A DNA stretch of 64,000 bases from Lepidodermella squamata (Eukaryota > Animalia > Gastrotricha). The stretch spans positions 3,162,001 to 3,226,000 of the forward strand of contig JBLDXI010000015.1 in the NCBI GenBank assembly GCA_047495785.1. Reading direction: 5' to 3'. The position numbers and the translations under genes are program-made. The notes beneath the pieces were generated by a model. It was not told the DNA's origin. It searched no databases and worked only from the letters and a program-made list of their open reading frames with translations. Position 1 is the first letter of the stretch; the number at the start of each line of letters is the position of its first letter. Shown here piece by piece: positions 18,985 to 31,300 of this stretch.

Positions 18985-19229
18985 TATTTAAAGCACATTA
19001 ATTCAACTGATCTGATGAAAAAAAATAAATACTAATTTTCATTTGATGGCTTTTAAATGAAGGCTTTTAAAATTGAAATCACAATTATTCCATAATTTTC
19101 TGACAATTTCGGACGCTTAGACATAAAAGTCAATCTATGCGTGACCACTCAGAATTCGAGCTAGTTCCGCATCGATCACCGCGAGGCGAGCGAGAAATCA
19201 ATCGAGGAAAATGCTGAATCTACTTTATC

Positions 19230-19500
19230 GTGTATCTAATAGCTGCGACCATGCGCCTCGATCAACCTTTGTGCGTTCACTCTATCGGAAACCTGCTTTT
19301 ATCGGGCGATTGATGGCACTTTCCGTCGGGCGCAAGAGTTTTCTACCACTGTTATTTCTGCATACCCGAGCTTGACTTTAGTGACTTTCGAGGTACCAAA
19401 CTGTCGGATAAGCCTGATTTTCGTCGTAGGACACGAATGCATGAAGAACTCTGGGAGTAAAAGTGTTGCTGTAGTCACCGATAATTAATGTTTCTGTAGA
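19230..19500 (+). mobile_element. Possible highly decayed Mutator-like (MULE) transposase fragment
   Basis: Reads AIDGTFRRA at about 19306-19332 (DGTF-like motif) among stops and frameshifts. Confidence 0.2.
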
Positions 19501-19857
19501 CGAGGATCGATTTGAGAAACGATCACCCGAAGACGCAGTCTGTGTAACACATTAGCTTGAGGAATTTCGCTACATTACAGCGGGAAGCGTCGCATCCGCA
19601 ATTGTAACATGGCATGAATTTGTTTACAGCACGACATTTGACTCGAGCAACGGGCGCCGTTCTCTCAGCCTGAAAATATTCTGTTCGCCACGTTAGACAC
19701 GAGCGCCCCTGGTGGTGTGAAAAAGCCTGCCGCTTCTTGTTTTTTTCGAAAGAAGTCTCGCTTTCATCAACTACATGGGTAATTAAATGTGTGGCAGTAC
19801 ATTTCAGGATGCATGCAATTTCGCGATGTAGCGTCCGCTTTCACGCGATTTCAGGCT

Positions 19858-19865
19858 TATATAAA
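19858..19865 (+). promoter_or_regulatory. Putative TATA box of Sushi gene 4 (copy at 25056-25063)
   Basis: TATATAAA about 60 nt upstream of the ATG. Confidence 0.55.
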
Positions 19866-19918
19866 GGCAGCAGAACAGTATAACGACCATCAAGTCAGTT
19901 TTGGTCTTACTCGATACA

Positions 19919-21739
19919 ATGTTGAAGGCTGTTCTCTCCTTTGCCCTTCTGGGCGTTGCTTGCTTCTTCCTCAGTTCTGTCGATGGCCGTCAGTGCGGCA
20001 ATCCGCCATTTGTCTACTGTGGCAACTGCTCAACCAAGCCATGGGCGGATTCCAGCGCAACGTCTTTCATTGTCAAAACTAGCGAAGTCAAGGATCTTCA
20101 ACTCTACGACCCCAATACTGTTGTTTACTACAAGCCGATCAACTCCAGCTGGGTTTTCACCGGTCCGGTTTCAGTCACATGCCAGACTAACGGTACCTGG
20201 ACTCAGAGCCCAACTTGCGAGATGATCTGCGCGCCCCCAACTGTGTCTTTCGGTACATGCGTTGGCGCCAAATTGGGCGGGAGGTACTTCCGAGTTCGAG
20301 ACCAAGCAAACTGCACCTGTCAAGCCGGCTACATGCGCTCAACTGGTGTTCTGAACCCGACGTGTAAAGAGTGGAATACTTGGCTGAACCCGCCAACATG
20401 CAAACCCATTGTTACGACCACCACCCTATTCCCTGGCTGCGCTAAGTTACCTTTAGTCGCTTACGGTACCTGCACAAGGATCAACACTACAAATCCACGC
20501 ATCGCCCTGGGTGAGGAAGTTTCTTGCTCATGCAACTCCGGATACTTCGTGAGCGCTACAGCAACACTGTCTGGTCGTAAACGTCGTGACGCTCTGTGGC
20601 CAACCAGCGCACGCGCTAGATGCATCGGAAATGACAAGTATTTTGCGTTAATTTTTGAAGGCAACTTGAGTTATTACCCCTCGCTAACCTCTCAGATTCA
20701 ACAACGTTCCCACATGCAAGCCTATAACTACAACCACCCTCGCTCCTATATGCGCAAGGCCGAAGGACGTTCCTAATACTGGTTGCGAGGGAAGCAACTG
20801 TATCGGTGGCGCCGACAACAAACAGATCTTTAAAATCGGAGAGGCCGTTACATTTACAGTAGGCTGACGAGCTGCCATTACTCAGAAGTCAAATTGTTAT
20901 TAATTTTCAGTGCAATCCTGGCTTCCAAATGTCTGGAAATCCCACGATTACTTGTCAGACCAATGGCGTCTGGTCCAAATCTCCAACCTGCGTCCGAATT
21001 GCCACAACCACCCGTGCTGCCGGCTGCGGCAAGGCTCCCGTTATTGCCGGAGGCGTTTGCCACGCCGAAGAAGGTGATGACGATAACGATGTTGACATCG
21101 GACGCACGGTAATTCAAGAGCCAATATATTATGCATGAAGTATAAATTCTGTCCTCAACCTTTAAGGTTTCCTGCGCCTGCAACGATGAAGATGACTACT
21201 GGTTTATTGGAGATCGCACTCTCAAGTGCCAATCTACCAGGACATTTTCAGGCGTCGTGCCAAAGTGCATGAAGATGACCACCACCCTGAAACCTATCTG
21301 CACGCTGTCTGCTTTGGACACTCTGGTTAATGGCTACTGCCAGTCAGCCGCGAATGACGGCGCGACCGACTTTGATGTCGGAGAGAAGGCTACTTGCGGC
21401 TGTGACGCAGGGTACCTAACCAATGGACTGAAAGGTGCAACTGTCACCCTGACCTGCAAGGGCATGAACCAGTGGGATGGTAACAGGCCATCGTGCACCT
21501 TCAGCTCGACTACCGCAAGACCTGTGTGCGCTTTCCCGAGTGAAATCTCAGGCGGATATTGCGAGGTTGATGGTCGTGAAAACGAAGATGACTTCGTCAA
21601 TGTCGGCGAATCTTTCACTTGCGCTTGCGATGCTGGTAAGAAATTCCCAGCCGGCGTGTCTGGCAAGGTCAAGTGCATCGGTATGAAGACATACGATGTC
21701 GCCTTGCCTTCTTGCAGTCAGCAGACCATCGGCGGCTAA
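19919..21739 (+). CDS. Secreted Sushi/CCP-repeat protein 4, three introns
   Basis: Signal MLKAVLSFALL; CCP modules; RKRR site; acidic loops; ends QTIGG*. Confidence 0.9.
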
Positions 21740-22780
21740 CTCTTCCATCCCCATGGCAGACTTTGACAGCAATTATTTATTCCGGTGATTTCTGCTATAA
21801 GCACATGCAATAAAAGTGATGATATTCAAGGTACAATGTGACGCGAATTTTGGGATTAAGTTTCACTATACACAGCATTTGAGCCAGCATTCAAATATTG
21901 CAAATATTAATGAACCTTAGTAGGTGTTGCGGGCCCTGTTTGCAATTTTCATCAAGACATCAAGATGGCTGCAAAAGTCGTTGATCGGCGAACAACAATA
22001 ATGAAGGGAACGGCTTGGTGTTCAGTCATTTCAAGGTCGGCGATATCAATGCAAATTGTCAATCTCCCTTGGCAGACTTGAGTTCATTTGTCAACTTTTG
22101 TTTGGAAGAAATGTCTCAACAACCAAGCACCTTCAGTGAGCAGTGACGCCTGCCATTTTTCAGCTGCATGAGCCGAGCCAGTATGAAATGCGTCACTTCG
22201 AACAGATGTTCAAACAGGTCTTTGTGTCCCTGCGCGATACGCTAGTCTGAGTTCCGATGCCCCGATTTATGAAACCAGCTTCTTCTGATGCAAAACCAGC
22301 TAAAACGACCCATGAACTCCGCGAGGCTTCATACTTTTTATCAGTATGTATTACATATCGCGAAAAATTGCCTGCTAAATGATCTCAATGGACAATAACT
22401 TTTGCTCTGATTCATTTTGTCTGCTTATTACACTTTGTTTTTCCTAGTTGTTTTCCCTAACATTGTGAAGCTGCCCTCTCGTGGGCGTAATAGTTGCTTC
22501 ACAATAAATACATAACTAAATAAATTTCCAATAAATGGATTTAAGGCTTAATTTCAGGGAAATGTTGTCCTGAGAAGTCGAATCGGATAACAAAAGCTCT
22601 AGATATGAAGCCAGTAACTGCAGAAACCTAACATCGTAATTCTGTAGAAGAATATTCCAACAAGGAAATCTCATCGAAACACCAGATTATCAGGCTGAGT
22701 ATGCGCGCTGATTGTGAAGTCTAACTTTCTTAGTGAAAACCTAAGCAATAAGGAACGTTTCGATTATTTTGTTTACTATA

Positions 22781-24460
22781 TTAACACCGACGAGAAGCGT
22801 TTGACACAGCAGCCGTTATTATATGTGTTAGGATATCTAATGTATCTAAAAAGTTTTCCGAGATGAAGATATCCTCTTTATTGGCTTTATTTTCCTCTTC
22901 GTTATTGGCGTCAACGTCAACGAACTCGATCTCAACGTCGGCAGCAGGTTCTTCGAATGAAGCTGGAGCGACATTAGAGTCCAATTCGCTTATAATCTTC
23001 AGCTTTTGACTAACTCGCCGGCGTTTTTTCAACGTTCGCCAAACGTTGCAGGCCTTTTGAAAAGGAAACGAGACAACTTCGATTGCCATAACGCTGATTC
23101 TCATCAACTGATCCAAATGAAAGGGCAGCAGGCGATTTCGGTGCTTATTCTTGATATGATTCATTGTGGAGAATCCTCGCTCGCAGTCAGCCGAAGATGC
23201 CACGAAGCTCATGAACACAGCCACCACAACTTTTGTATGCTATCAGGCACGTTAGGCATGGTAAAAAATCACTTGAAAGTGGCGAGGAGAGGCATGAATC
23301 GATCTGCGTTGCCCTTGGAAGCTTTGATGTAGAACGGTGGCCGGTGGCAATAAAAGGAGCTTTTTGACAGCCTGCCAGTCTTCAACAAATTGAGCTCGGC
23401 TTCGTGAGAGAATCGTTAAACAGTATTTGGCGTCAGTCGCTGTGACTTAGTCATTTCCATGCACGCTCCTGAAATTCAATTCAACATATAAAACTTTGGA
23501 AGATTTTCAGATTGTTAACTTAATTACCTGTCTTCGGCAAGTTTGACCAATGCTGGATCGAATGCCATGAAATTCAAGAGGGAAGCGTCATCGGTAAACC
23601 GACTTAGCTCATCACGAACAACGCCGCACAGCCTGGTAAAATGGCCACTCAGCTGGTCTCTCTCAAATTCGGCAACTTTATTCGGCGATGATTGAACAGC
23701 TTTTTCGATCCACGTGTTCACGTTGCTGGAAAGAGTGATAAAGTTGCACACGCACATGACTTCGGTTTGAGCAGTTATCGGATCCAAATCGGAAGCTTGC
23801 AGGAATTTGCTGAGCTGGGCCAAACATTCGAGCAAATAGCCGAAAACGGTTAGCCTTAAAATGAGTTTACTTTCATTTTACGATGAAATCCCGACCCCAA
23901 AGCTCTGCTGTTTGCATCGGGCGCAGTCTTCGCCTCGCTGTCAATAAAAGCCAACAAAGCATCAAATTGACGCGTGATCGAATTGACTGCTTCAGAGCGG
24001 CTTAACCATTAACCATCGAATAGTATGAACCTGCTTCACGGCCACCGTTCAATCACTTTACCAATCTCCGCAAATCTTGTTTTCCTGTCTGCCGAATGAG
24101 AAGTTTTTGTAGATTGATCGAATCGGCCTTTCCAGAATCTTGAACAGCTTGCAAAACTTGTTTTTGATGGCATCATTCCAAAGCTTCATTATGAGCCATA
24201 CAATGTTGGTCAATCATCGACGGGCAATGCTTTCTCATCAACACTCCTACCCCTCTCTTCTTACCCCGCATCACAGATGCTCCATCTGTCACCAACTGTA
24301 CGCACTTTTTAAACTTTTAAAGATTATTGAATGGAATGGCGACCCCTTCTCCTTGCACATTCCGTCATAACTTCGACGGAGGGCCGATATCCAAGCCGCT
24401 AGCTCTCGGAGCGGAATTCCTGAGGATTAGAGGAATCGTATTCCCCAAGATGCTTCATGA
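22781..24460 (-). mobile_element. Decayed hAT-superfamily transposase (ZNF862-like) pseudogene
   Basis: Motifs in the expected order: VTDGASVMRG, HCMAH (CxxH), TIRWL-SR broken by a 7-nt duplication near 24003-24016, SSADCERGFSTMNHIK..RNRL dimerisation domain; multiple stops and frameshifts. Confidence 0.9.
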
Positions 24461-24742
24461 TTATAGTAAAACACTAGCGTGATTGAGCCGAAGAAAGATA
24501 TTTTCGCTTATTTGCAGACCCCCCCCTACAAAAGTGAACGACGTTTTTCCGCGTTTTTCCGCATGTTTTTCACTTCAAATTAAATTTGTATTTGAAAACA
24601 AATTTAAAAACTAAAATAAGAAAGAAATCAGAATTTAAAAAAATATTTTGTGTATATTTGTGCATAATTTTCTCCCCCAAATTGACATTACTCAGCCTGT
24701 AGCCGAGTACTGTCAGGGATACCCTGTTTTTGTCATAAAATT

Positions 24743-27700
24743 GCGGGAAGCGTCGCATCCGCGATTGTATGGCATGATCTTGTCAATGCTCGACATTTCA
24801 CTTGAGGAAATCTAACTTGATATGCGCCGTTTTCTCCACCTGTAAAACGTCGGTTCGCCACGTTGGACGCGAGCGACCCAGGTGATGTTTTAACGCTCTG
24901 CCGCTTCTTGTTTTTTCTAAAGAAGTCTCGCTCTCATCAGCTATAGGGGTTTTTTAATGCCTAGCCATGCATTTCAGGCTACATGAGATTTCGCGCTATA
25001 GCGCCCGTGGGTATCGCCACGCGGTGTAGCGTCCGCTTTCACGCGATTTCAGGCTTATATAAAGGCAGCAGAACAGTATAACAACCATCAAGTCAGTTTT
25101 GGTCTTACTCGATACAATGTTGAAGGCTGTTCTCTCCTTTGCCCTTCTGGGCGTTGCTTGCTTCTTCCTCAGTTCTGTCGATGGCCGTCAGTGCGGCAAT
25201 CCGCCATTTGTCTACTGTGGCAACTGCTCAACCAAGCCATGGGCGGATTCCAGCGCAACGTCTTTCATTGTCAAAACTAGCGAAGTCAAGGATCTTCAAC
25301 TCTACGACCCCAATACTGTTGTTTACTACAAGCCGATCAACTCCAGCTGGGTTTTCACCGGTCCGGTTTCAGTCACATGCCAGACTAACGGTACCTGGAC
25401 TCAGAGCCCAACTTGCGAGATGATCTGCGCGCCCCCAACTGTGTCTTTCGGTACATGCGTTGGCGCCAAATTGGGCGGGAGGTACTTCCGAGTTCGAGAC
25501 CAAGCAAACTGCACCTGTCAAGCCGGCTACATGCGCTCAACTGGTGTTCTGAACCCGACGTGTAAAGAGTGGAATACTTGGCTGAACCCGCCAACATGCA
25601 AACCCATTGTTACGACCACCACCCTATTCCCTGGCTGCGCTAAGTTACCTTTAGTCGCTTACGGTACCTGCACAAGGATCAACACTACAAATCCACGCAT
25701 CGCCCTGGGTGAGGAAGTTTCTTGCACATGCAACTCCGGATACTTCGTGAGCGCTACAGCAACACTGTCTGGTCGTAAACGTCGTGACGCTCTGTGGCCA
25801 ACCAGCGCACGCGCTAGATGCATCGGAAATGACAAGTATTTTGCGTTAATTTTTGAAGGCAACTTGAGTTATTACCCCTCGCTAACCTCTCAGATTCAAC
25901 AACGTTCCCACATGCAAGCCTATAACTACAACCACCCTCGCTCCTATATGCGCAAGGCCGAAGGACGTTCCTAATACTGGTTGCGAGGGAAGCAACTGTA
26001 TCGGTGGCGCCGACAACAAACAGATCTTTAAAATCGGAGAGGCCGTTACATTTACAGTAGGCTGACGAGCTGCCATTACTCAGAAGTCAAATTGTTATTA
26101 ATTTTCAGTGCAATCCTGGCTTCCAAATGTCTGGAAATCCCACGATTACTTGTCAGACCAATGGCGTCTGGTCCAAATCTCCAACCTGCGTCCGAATTGC
26201 CACAACCACCCGTGCTGCCGGCTGCGGCAAGGCTCCCGTTATTGCCGGAGGCGTTTGCCACGCCGAAGAAGGTGATGACGATAACGATGTTGACATCGGA
26301 CGCACGGTAATTCAAGAGCCAATATATTATGCATGAAGTATAAATTCTGTCCTCAACCTTTAAGGTTTCCTGCGCCTGCAACGATGAAGATGACTACTGG
26401 TTTATTGGAGATCGCACTCTCAAGTGCCAATCTACCAGGACATTTTCAGGCGTCGTGCCAAAGTGCATGAAGATGACCACCACCCTGAAACCTATCTGCA
26501 CGCTGTCTGCTTTGGACACTCTGGTTAATGGCTACTGCCAGTCAGCCGCGAATGACGGCGCGACCGACTTTGATGTCGGAGAGAAGGCTACTTGCGGCTG
26601 TGACGCAGGGTACCTAACCAATGGACTGAAAGGTGCAACTGTCACCCTGACCTGCAAGGGCATGAACCAGTGGGATGGTAACAGGCCATCGTGCACCTTC
26701 AGCTCGACTACCGCAAGACCTGTGTGCGCTTTCCCGAGTGAAATCTCAGGCGGATATTGCGAGGTTGATGGTCGTGAAAACGAAGATGACTTCGTCAATG
26801 TCGGCGAATCTTTCACTTGCGCTTGCGATGCTGGTAAGAAATTCCCAGCCGGCGTGTCTGGCAAGGTCAAGTGCATCGGTATGAAGACATACGATGTCGC
26901 CTTGCCTTCTTGCAGTCAGCAGACCATCAGCGGCTAACTCTTCCATCCCCATGGCAGACTTTGACAGCAATTATTTATTCCGGTGATTTCTGCTATAAGC
27001 ACATGCAATAAAAGTGATGATATTCAAGGTACAATGTGACGCGAATTTTGGGATTAAGTTTCACTATACACAGCATTTGAGCCAGCATTCAAATATTGCA
27101 AATATTAATGAACCTTAGTAGGTGTTGCGGGCCCTGTTTGCAATTTTCATCAAGACATCAAGATGGCTGCAAAAGTCGTTGATCGGCGAACAACAATAAT
27201 GAAGGGAACGGCTTGGTGTTCAGTCATTTCAAGGTCGGCGATATCAATGCAAATTGTCAATCTCCCTTGGCAGACTTGAGTTCATTTGTCAACTTTTGTT
27301 TGGAAGAAATGTCTCAACAACCAAGCACCTTCAGTGAGCAGTGACGCCTGCCATTTTTCAGCTGCATGAGCCGAGCCAGTATGAAATGCGTCACTTCGAA
27401 CAGATGTTCAAACAGGTCTTTGTGTCCCTGCGCGATACGCTAGTCTGAGCGATGCCCCGATTTATGAAACCAGCTTCTTCTGATGCAAAACCAGCTAAAA
27501 CGACCCATGAACTCCGCGAGGCTTCATACTTTTTATCAGTATGTATTACATATCGCGAAAAATTGCCTGCTAAATGATCTCAATGGACAATAACTTTTGC
27601 TCTGATTCATTTTGTCTGCTTATTACACTTTGTTTTTCCTAGTTGTTTTCCCTAACATTGTGAAGCTGCCCTCTCGTGGGCGTAATAGTTGCTTCACAAT

Positions 27701-28028
27701 AAATACATAACTAAATAAATTTCCAATAAATGGATTTAAGGCTTAATTTCAGGGAAATGTTGTCCTGAGAAGTCGAATCGGATAACAAAAGCTCTAGATA
27801 TGAAGCCAGTAACTGCAGAAACCTAACATCGTAATTCTGTAGAAGAATATTCCAACAAGGAAATCTCATCGAAACACCAGATTATCAGGCTGAGTATGCG
27901 CGCTGATTGTGAAGTCTAACTTTCTTAGTGAAAACCTAAGCAATAAGGAACGTTTCGATTATTTTGTTTACTATATTAACACCGACGAGAAGCGTTTGAC
28001 ACAGCAGCCGTTATTATATGTGTTAGGA
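24743..28028 (+). repeat. Direct segmental duplication, copy 2
   Basis: Matches 19580-22833; ends about 50 nt into the 3' end of the hAT ORF. Confidence 0.97.
25117..26937 (+). CDS. Secreted Sushi/CCP-repeat protein 5 (near-identical copy of protein 4)
   Basis: Two amino-acid differences seen versus protein 4 (S>T at 25726, G>S at 26929); ends QTISG*. Confidence 0.9.
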
Positions 28029-28373
28029 GTAAGACTTAAATTCCACATTCGCCATTAATTCGCCATGTCAGCTGCATTTTATCATACGGTATTCCGTCCG
28101 CTTTTTCAGCTTTCCCCGATGCTATTTTCATATTGAAGTGTTAATGCTTGTGATGTTTCATCTACTCCCACGGCTTTAGAGCGGCCGTTAGCTTATTATC
28201 AAATCCCTGCCACGAAAAATATAAACTGCTGCTTCTCATGTATGCCTTCCAGAAATTTAAAACCCAGGTAGAGGCAGAAACAGGATGGTAACTTGCTAAC
28301 GGAAGTTATACACCCGGTATTATAAGAATTTCCTCACGCAAATGCTGCTTTTGGATTCTTGATCACTGTGGCG

Positions 28374-30539
28374 ATGAAATCGTTAGCAATTTTATTCACA
28401 ACGCTGACTATCGGCCTATTTTATGTCAAACATACAAAAGCTGCAGTGTATTGCGCACAACCTGCCCAAGTTGTAAACGGAAAATGCTACGACGGGGACG
28501 AAGATGACGATCCTGACGATGATGAATTGGTAGAAATATCAAGTTCAAGATCGTCGAGGGCAAAAACCTACCGGCAAGGAAGCCAGCTTCATTTCCGATG
28601 CGACAGTGGCTATGAGTTGCAAGGCTCTTCCGTAATAACATGCAGGGCGAGTGGGACCTGGTCGTCACTTCCGAAATGCGTTCGATCGCAGTCAAAGATC
28701 GAGGAGGAAGAGGATGAAGATGCACCTCAGCCTCTGTGTGAGAATTCACCAACTCTTGACTTTGGATTTTGTGTAGCTTCTAGAACGTCAAGTGCATCAG
28801 ACGACGGTGGAGATGACGACACTGGGGATGATGATCATTCTGCTACCTTTGATGACGATGAGGATTCGCAAGGTTTGGCTCAGAACAAACGTCAGGCGGC
28901 AACAAAGCTGACAACGGCCAACGGACCTCGTACAAAAACTACAATAAGCTCCCGCACAAATCCTACTGCACAGTCTGGAGGCTCTGAGCGGAGGTTACCT
29001 AAGTCAACCACAACTGTTACGACAGCAGCAAGCAAGAGGGTAAAAACGACTGTACGACGAGGTAGCACGACATCTACAGCATCGAGTGCAGTGAGAAAAA
29101 TTAATCAGCAGCGAAGTTTAAGCTCTATAACTGAGGCAAAATGTCAATGCCAGGGTGGATACGTTATGCGAGGACCAGCGACTGTGAGATGTGTCGGACA
29201 GGAACGATGGTCGTCAGTGCCTACATGTTCTCCCCCTTCATCCGCAAATATCAAGCAGACTTGTGATAGATTGCCGGCTGTAAATGGAGCCCTTTGCCGG
29301 AAGGAGATGGACCAAGGTCTTGTTGCCGCGAATACTCGTGACAGCGAATGGATTGACATGGACCCGAAGACTGAAATGGAGAGCGAGAGACTTTCGAAGC
29401 AAACAACCCCGCGTCAAAACTCGACAACTGCAGCTCAGATGCTAAGAGGCGCGGCAACAAGACGACGTGCCCCGACAACTCCTTCAAAAGTCATCATTAG
29501 CCGAAGGTCGGCTGAATCTTACACAGTTGGCTCAGTTTATGAATGCCAATGCAAACCTGGCTACGCGCAGCAAACAGATACATCTAAAGTTGTATGCATG
29601 GCAAATGGCGAGTGGTCGGACCTTCCAAGATGTGCGATAGCTCCTTCCACAAGGATCACTCGCTATTGCGGCGTTCCTCGAGAAGTTGATAATGCTGATT
29701 GCTTCAAAACCGAGGATAATGGCGATGTAGCCGAAGAGGCGCTTTCCGCCCAGGGCATCCGCTCACTGCAAGTCAGAAGTGGCCAGCAAATCACCTTTCA
29801 ATGTAAGAAGGGTTTCGAGATGCGTGGCGATGCGGTGGTTACATGTTCTTCCCAAGGAACTTGGTCTGCATACCCGACATGTGTACCTCTGGTTTGTAAT
29901 ATCCCCGAAATCGACTATGGAACCTGCCTCAAAGTTCAGCGTGGAAATACTGAGATTTTGCAGGTTAATGAGCAAGCCAAGTGTAATTGTGACCCCGGCT
30001 ATCGAATGACTGGAATTCCCGTTGTTACTTGTGAATCACGAGGCAGGTTATCGGCTCTTCCGCAGTGTAGCCCTGCCCCCAGAAAGCCAGTTCGTGCAAC
30101 TTGCCCTTCCCCACCAGAGGTGTCAGGATCAGGCTGTGACTGCCCTGACGACGATGAAGATGACGACTCTCAAGTCTTTTACTCTGGAGATACAGTACGA
30201 TATTCGTGCAAAAAGGGATACCGGATGGATGGTAGACCTGAGATCACTTGTGATGAAAATGGAGAATGGTCAGACGCGCCAACTTGCATTCGAACTGTAA
30301 CGAGATCCCCTCCTGCAAGTACGAAATGCCGAGCACCCCGAAAAGTTCCTAATGCCTATTGTCCTTGCGAAGATGCTGATGAGGAAGAAACGGCTCTGAA
30401 AAGATTCGATATCGGCGATCAAGTGAGATACACGTGCAATGAAAACTATCGGTTAATCGGCACTGGCTTGATTACCTGCCTACCAACTGGGTCTTGGTCA
30501 ACTTACCCGGTCTGCACTCCAACGTCTTCAAGAGGATGA
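28374..30539 (+). CDS. Secreted Sushi/CCP-repeat protein 6 with acidic and S/T/R-rich loop insertions, intronless
   Basis: Signal MKSLAILF; 7 CCP-like modules; poly-Asp/Glu tracts; ends SSRG*. Confidence 0.9.
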   Translation: MKSLAILFTTLTIGLFYVKHTKAAVYCAQPAQVVNGKCYDGDEDDDPDDDELVEISSSRSSRAKTYRQGSQLHFRCDSGYELQGSSVITCRASGTWSSLPKCVRSQSKIEEEEDEDAPQPLCENSPTLDFGFCVASRTSSASDDGGDDDTGDDDHSATFDDDEDSQGLAQNKRQAATKLTTANGPRTKTTISSRTNPTAQSGGSERRLPKSTTTVTTAASKRVKTTVRRGSTTSTASSAVRKINQQRSLSSITEAKCQCQGGYVMRGPATVRCVGQERWSSVPTCSPPSSANIKQTCDRLPAVNGALCRKEMDQGLVAANTRDSEWIDMDPKTEMESERLSKQTTPRQNSTTAAQMLRGAATRRRAPTTPSKVIISRRSAESYTVGSVYECQCKPGYAQQTDTSKVVCMANGEWSDLPRCAIAPSTRITRYCGVPREVDNADCFKTEDNGDVAEEALSAQGIRSLQVRSGQQITFQCKKGFEMRGDAVVTCSSQGTWSAYPTCVPLVCNIPEIDYGTCLKVQRGNTEILQVNEQAKCNCDPGYRMTGIPVVTCESRGRLSALPQCSPAPRKPVRATCPSPPEVSGSGCDCPDDDEDDDSQVFYSGDTVRYSCKKGYRMDGRPEITCDENGEWSDAPTCIRTVTRSPPASTKCRAPRKVPNAYCPCEDADEEETALKRFDIGDQVRYTCNENYRLIGTGLITCLPTGSWSTYPVCTPTSSRG

Positions 30540-30709
30540 AATGAATGATATCACATGCATGCAACTTAATTATTCTAGACGGAAAACAAAAGTGAAATAA
30601 AAACTTCATTTACTTCCGTTTGCTCATTCAGTGCATTTTGAGTACAAAAGTTTCATAATAAAAACACGTGAAAAAACATGGCTTGGTAGTATCATGATAT
30701 TGGAAGACG

Positions 30710-31300
30710 TCATACATCAGCTGTAAATTCGATATCATCCTCTCTAGGTGGAGGAGCACCAAACTTGGCAACTTCGCGCCCAGGTTTTAGCCGAGGAGAA
30801 TGCCACGACAGAACATCAGCTGATATCGATGCTTTCATGTAAGGCAAGTCCTCCACAACGGTCACTTTGCGATCGCATGTGCAGAGCTGATGGGCAGATT
30901 GGCTTTTCTTACAGGAGTCGCTGTTGTCTGGCAGTGCGGAAACTTCCATGTTTCCAGCATTAGTTTTGTTGAGCGATTGAACATAAAAATAATCTGGTGC
31001 ATTGTCTATGGTTGCGTCCCGATCACTGCCCTCTGAGCTTTCATAGAGATCGTCTTCGGCTAATTTGTAGTATTTTTTCGCCATGAAACTGAGAAGTATG
31101 ATGGCAACAATGGCGCCGAACGGAGCACCTGCGAAGAAACCGCCGGCAACCGTATAGGGCTTAATTGATTTTGTGGTGAAAGGCTCCTCGTGACCGACAG
31201 AATCGAGGTAGCTAGCAATGGCGAGGCCGATCATTGCGAACAGCAGAATGCAGAAGACGCACATCAACATCCAACACCATGATAGATACTTGCAGCGCAT
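30710..31300 (-). CDS. Small two-TM membrane protein of unknown function
   Basis: 196-aa ORF with two hydrophobic helices (second GGFFAGAPFGAIVAIILL) followed by a basic stop-transfer segment. Confidence 0.65.
   Translation of the reverse strand: MRCKYLSWCWMLMCVFCILLFAMIGLAIASYLDSVGHEEPFTTKSIKPYTVAGGFFAGAPFGAIVAIILLSFMAKKYYKLAEDDLYESSEGSDRDATIDNAPDYFYVQSLNKTNAGNMEVSALPDNSDSCKKSQSAHQLCTCDRKVTVVEDLPYMKASISADVLSWHSPRLKPGREVAKFGAPPPREDDIEFTADV

Larger units (their letters stand above)
19580..22833 (+). repeat. Direct segmental duplication, copy 1
   Basis: Matches 24743-28028; visibly diverged over 19580-19826 and near-identical from 19827 (offset 5198, then 5195 after a 3-nt indel). Confidence 0.97.

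Noticed and set aside
22030-22146. VGDIN reading resembling a LINE endonuclease GDFN motif
   Set aside because: Single short motif with no other endonuclease or RT motifs
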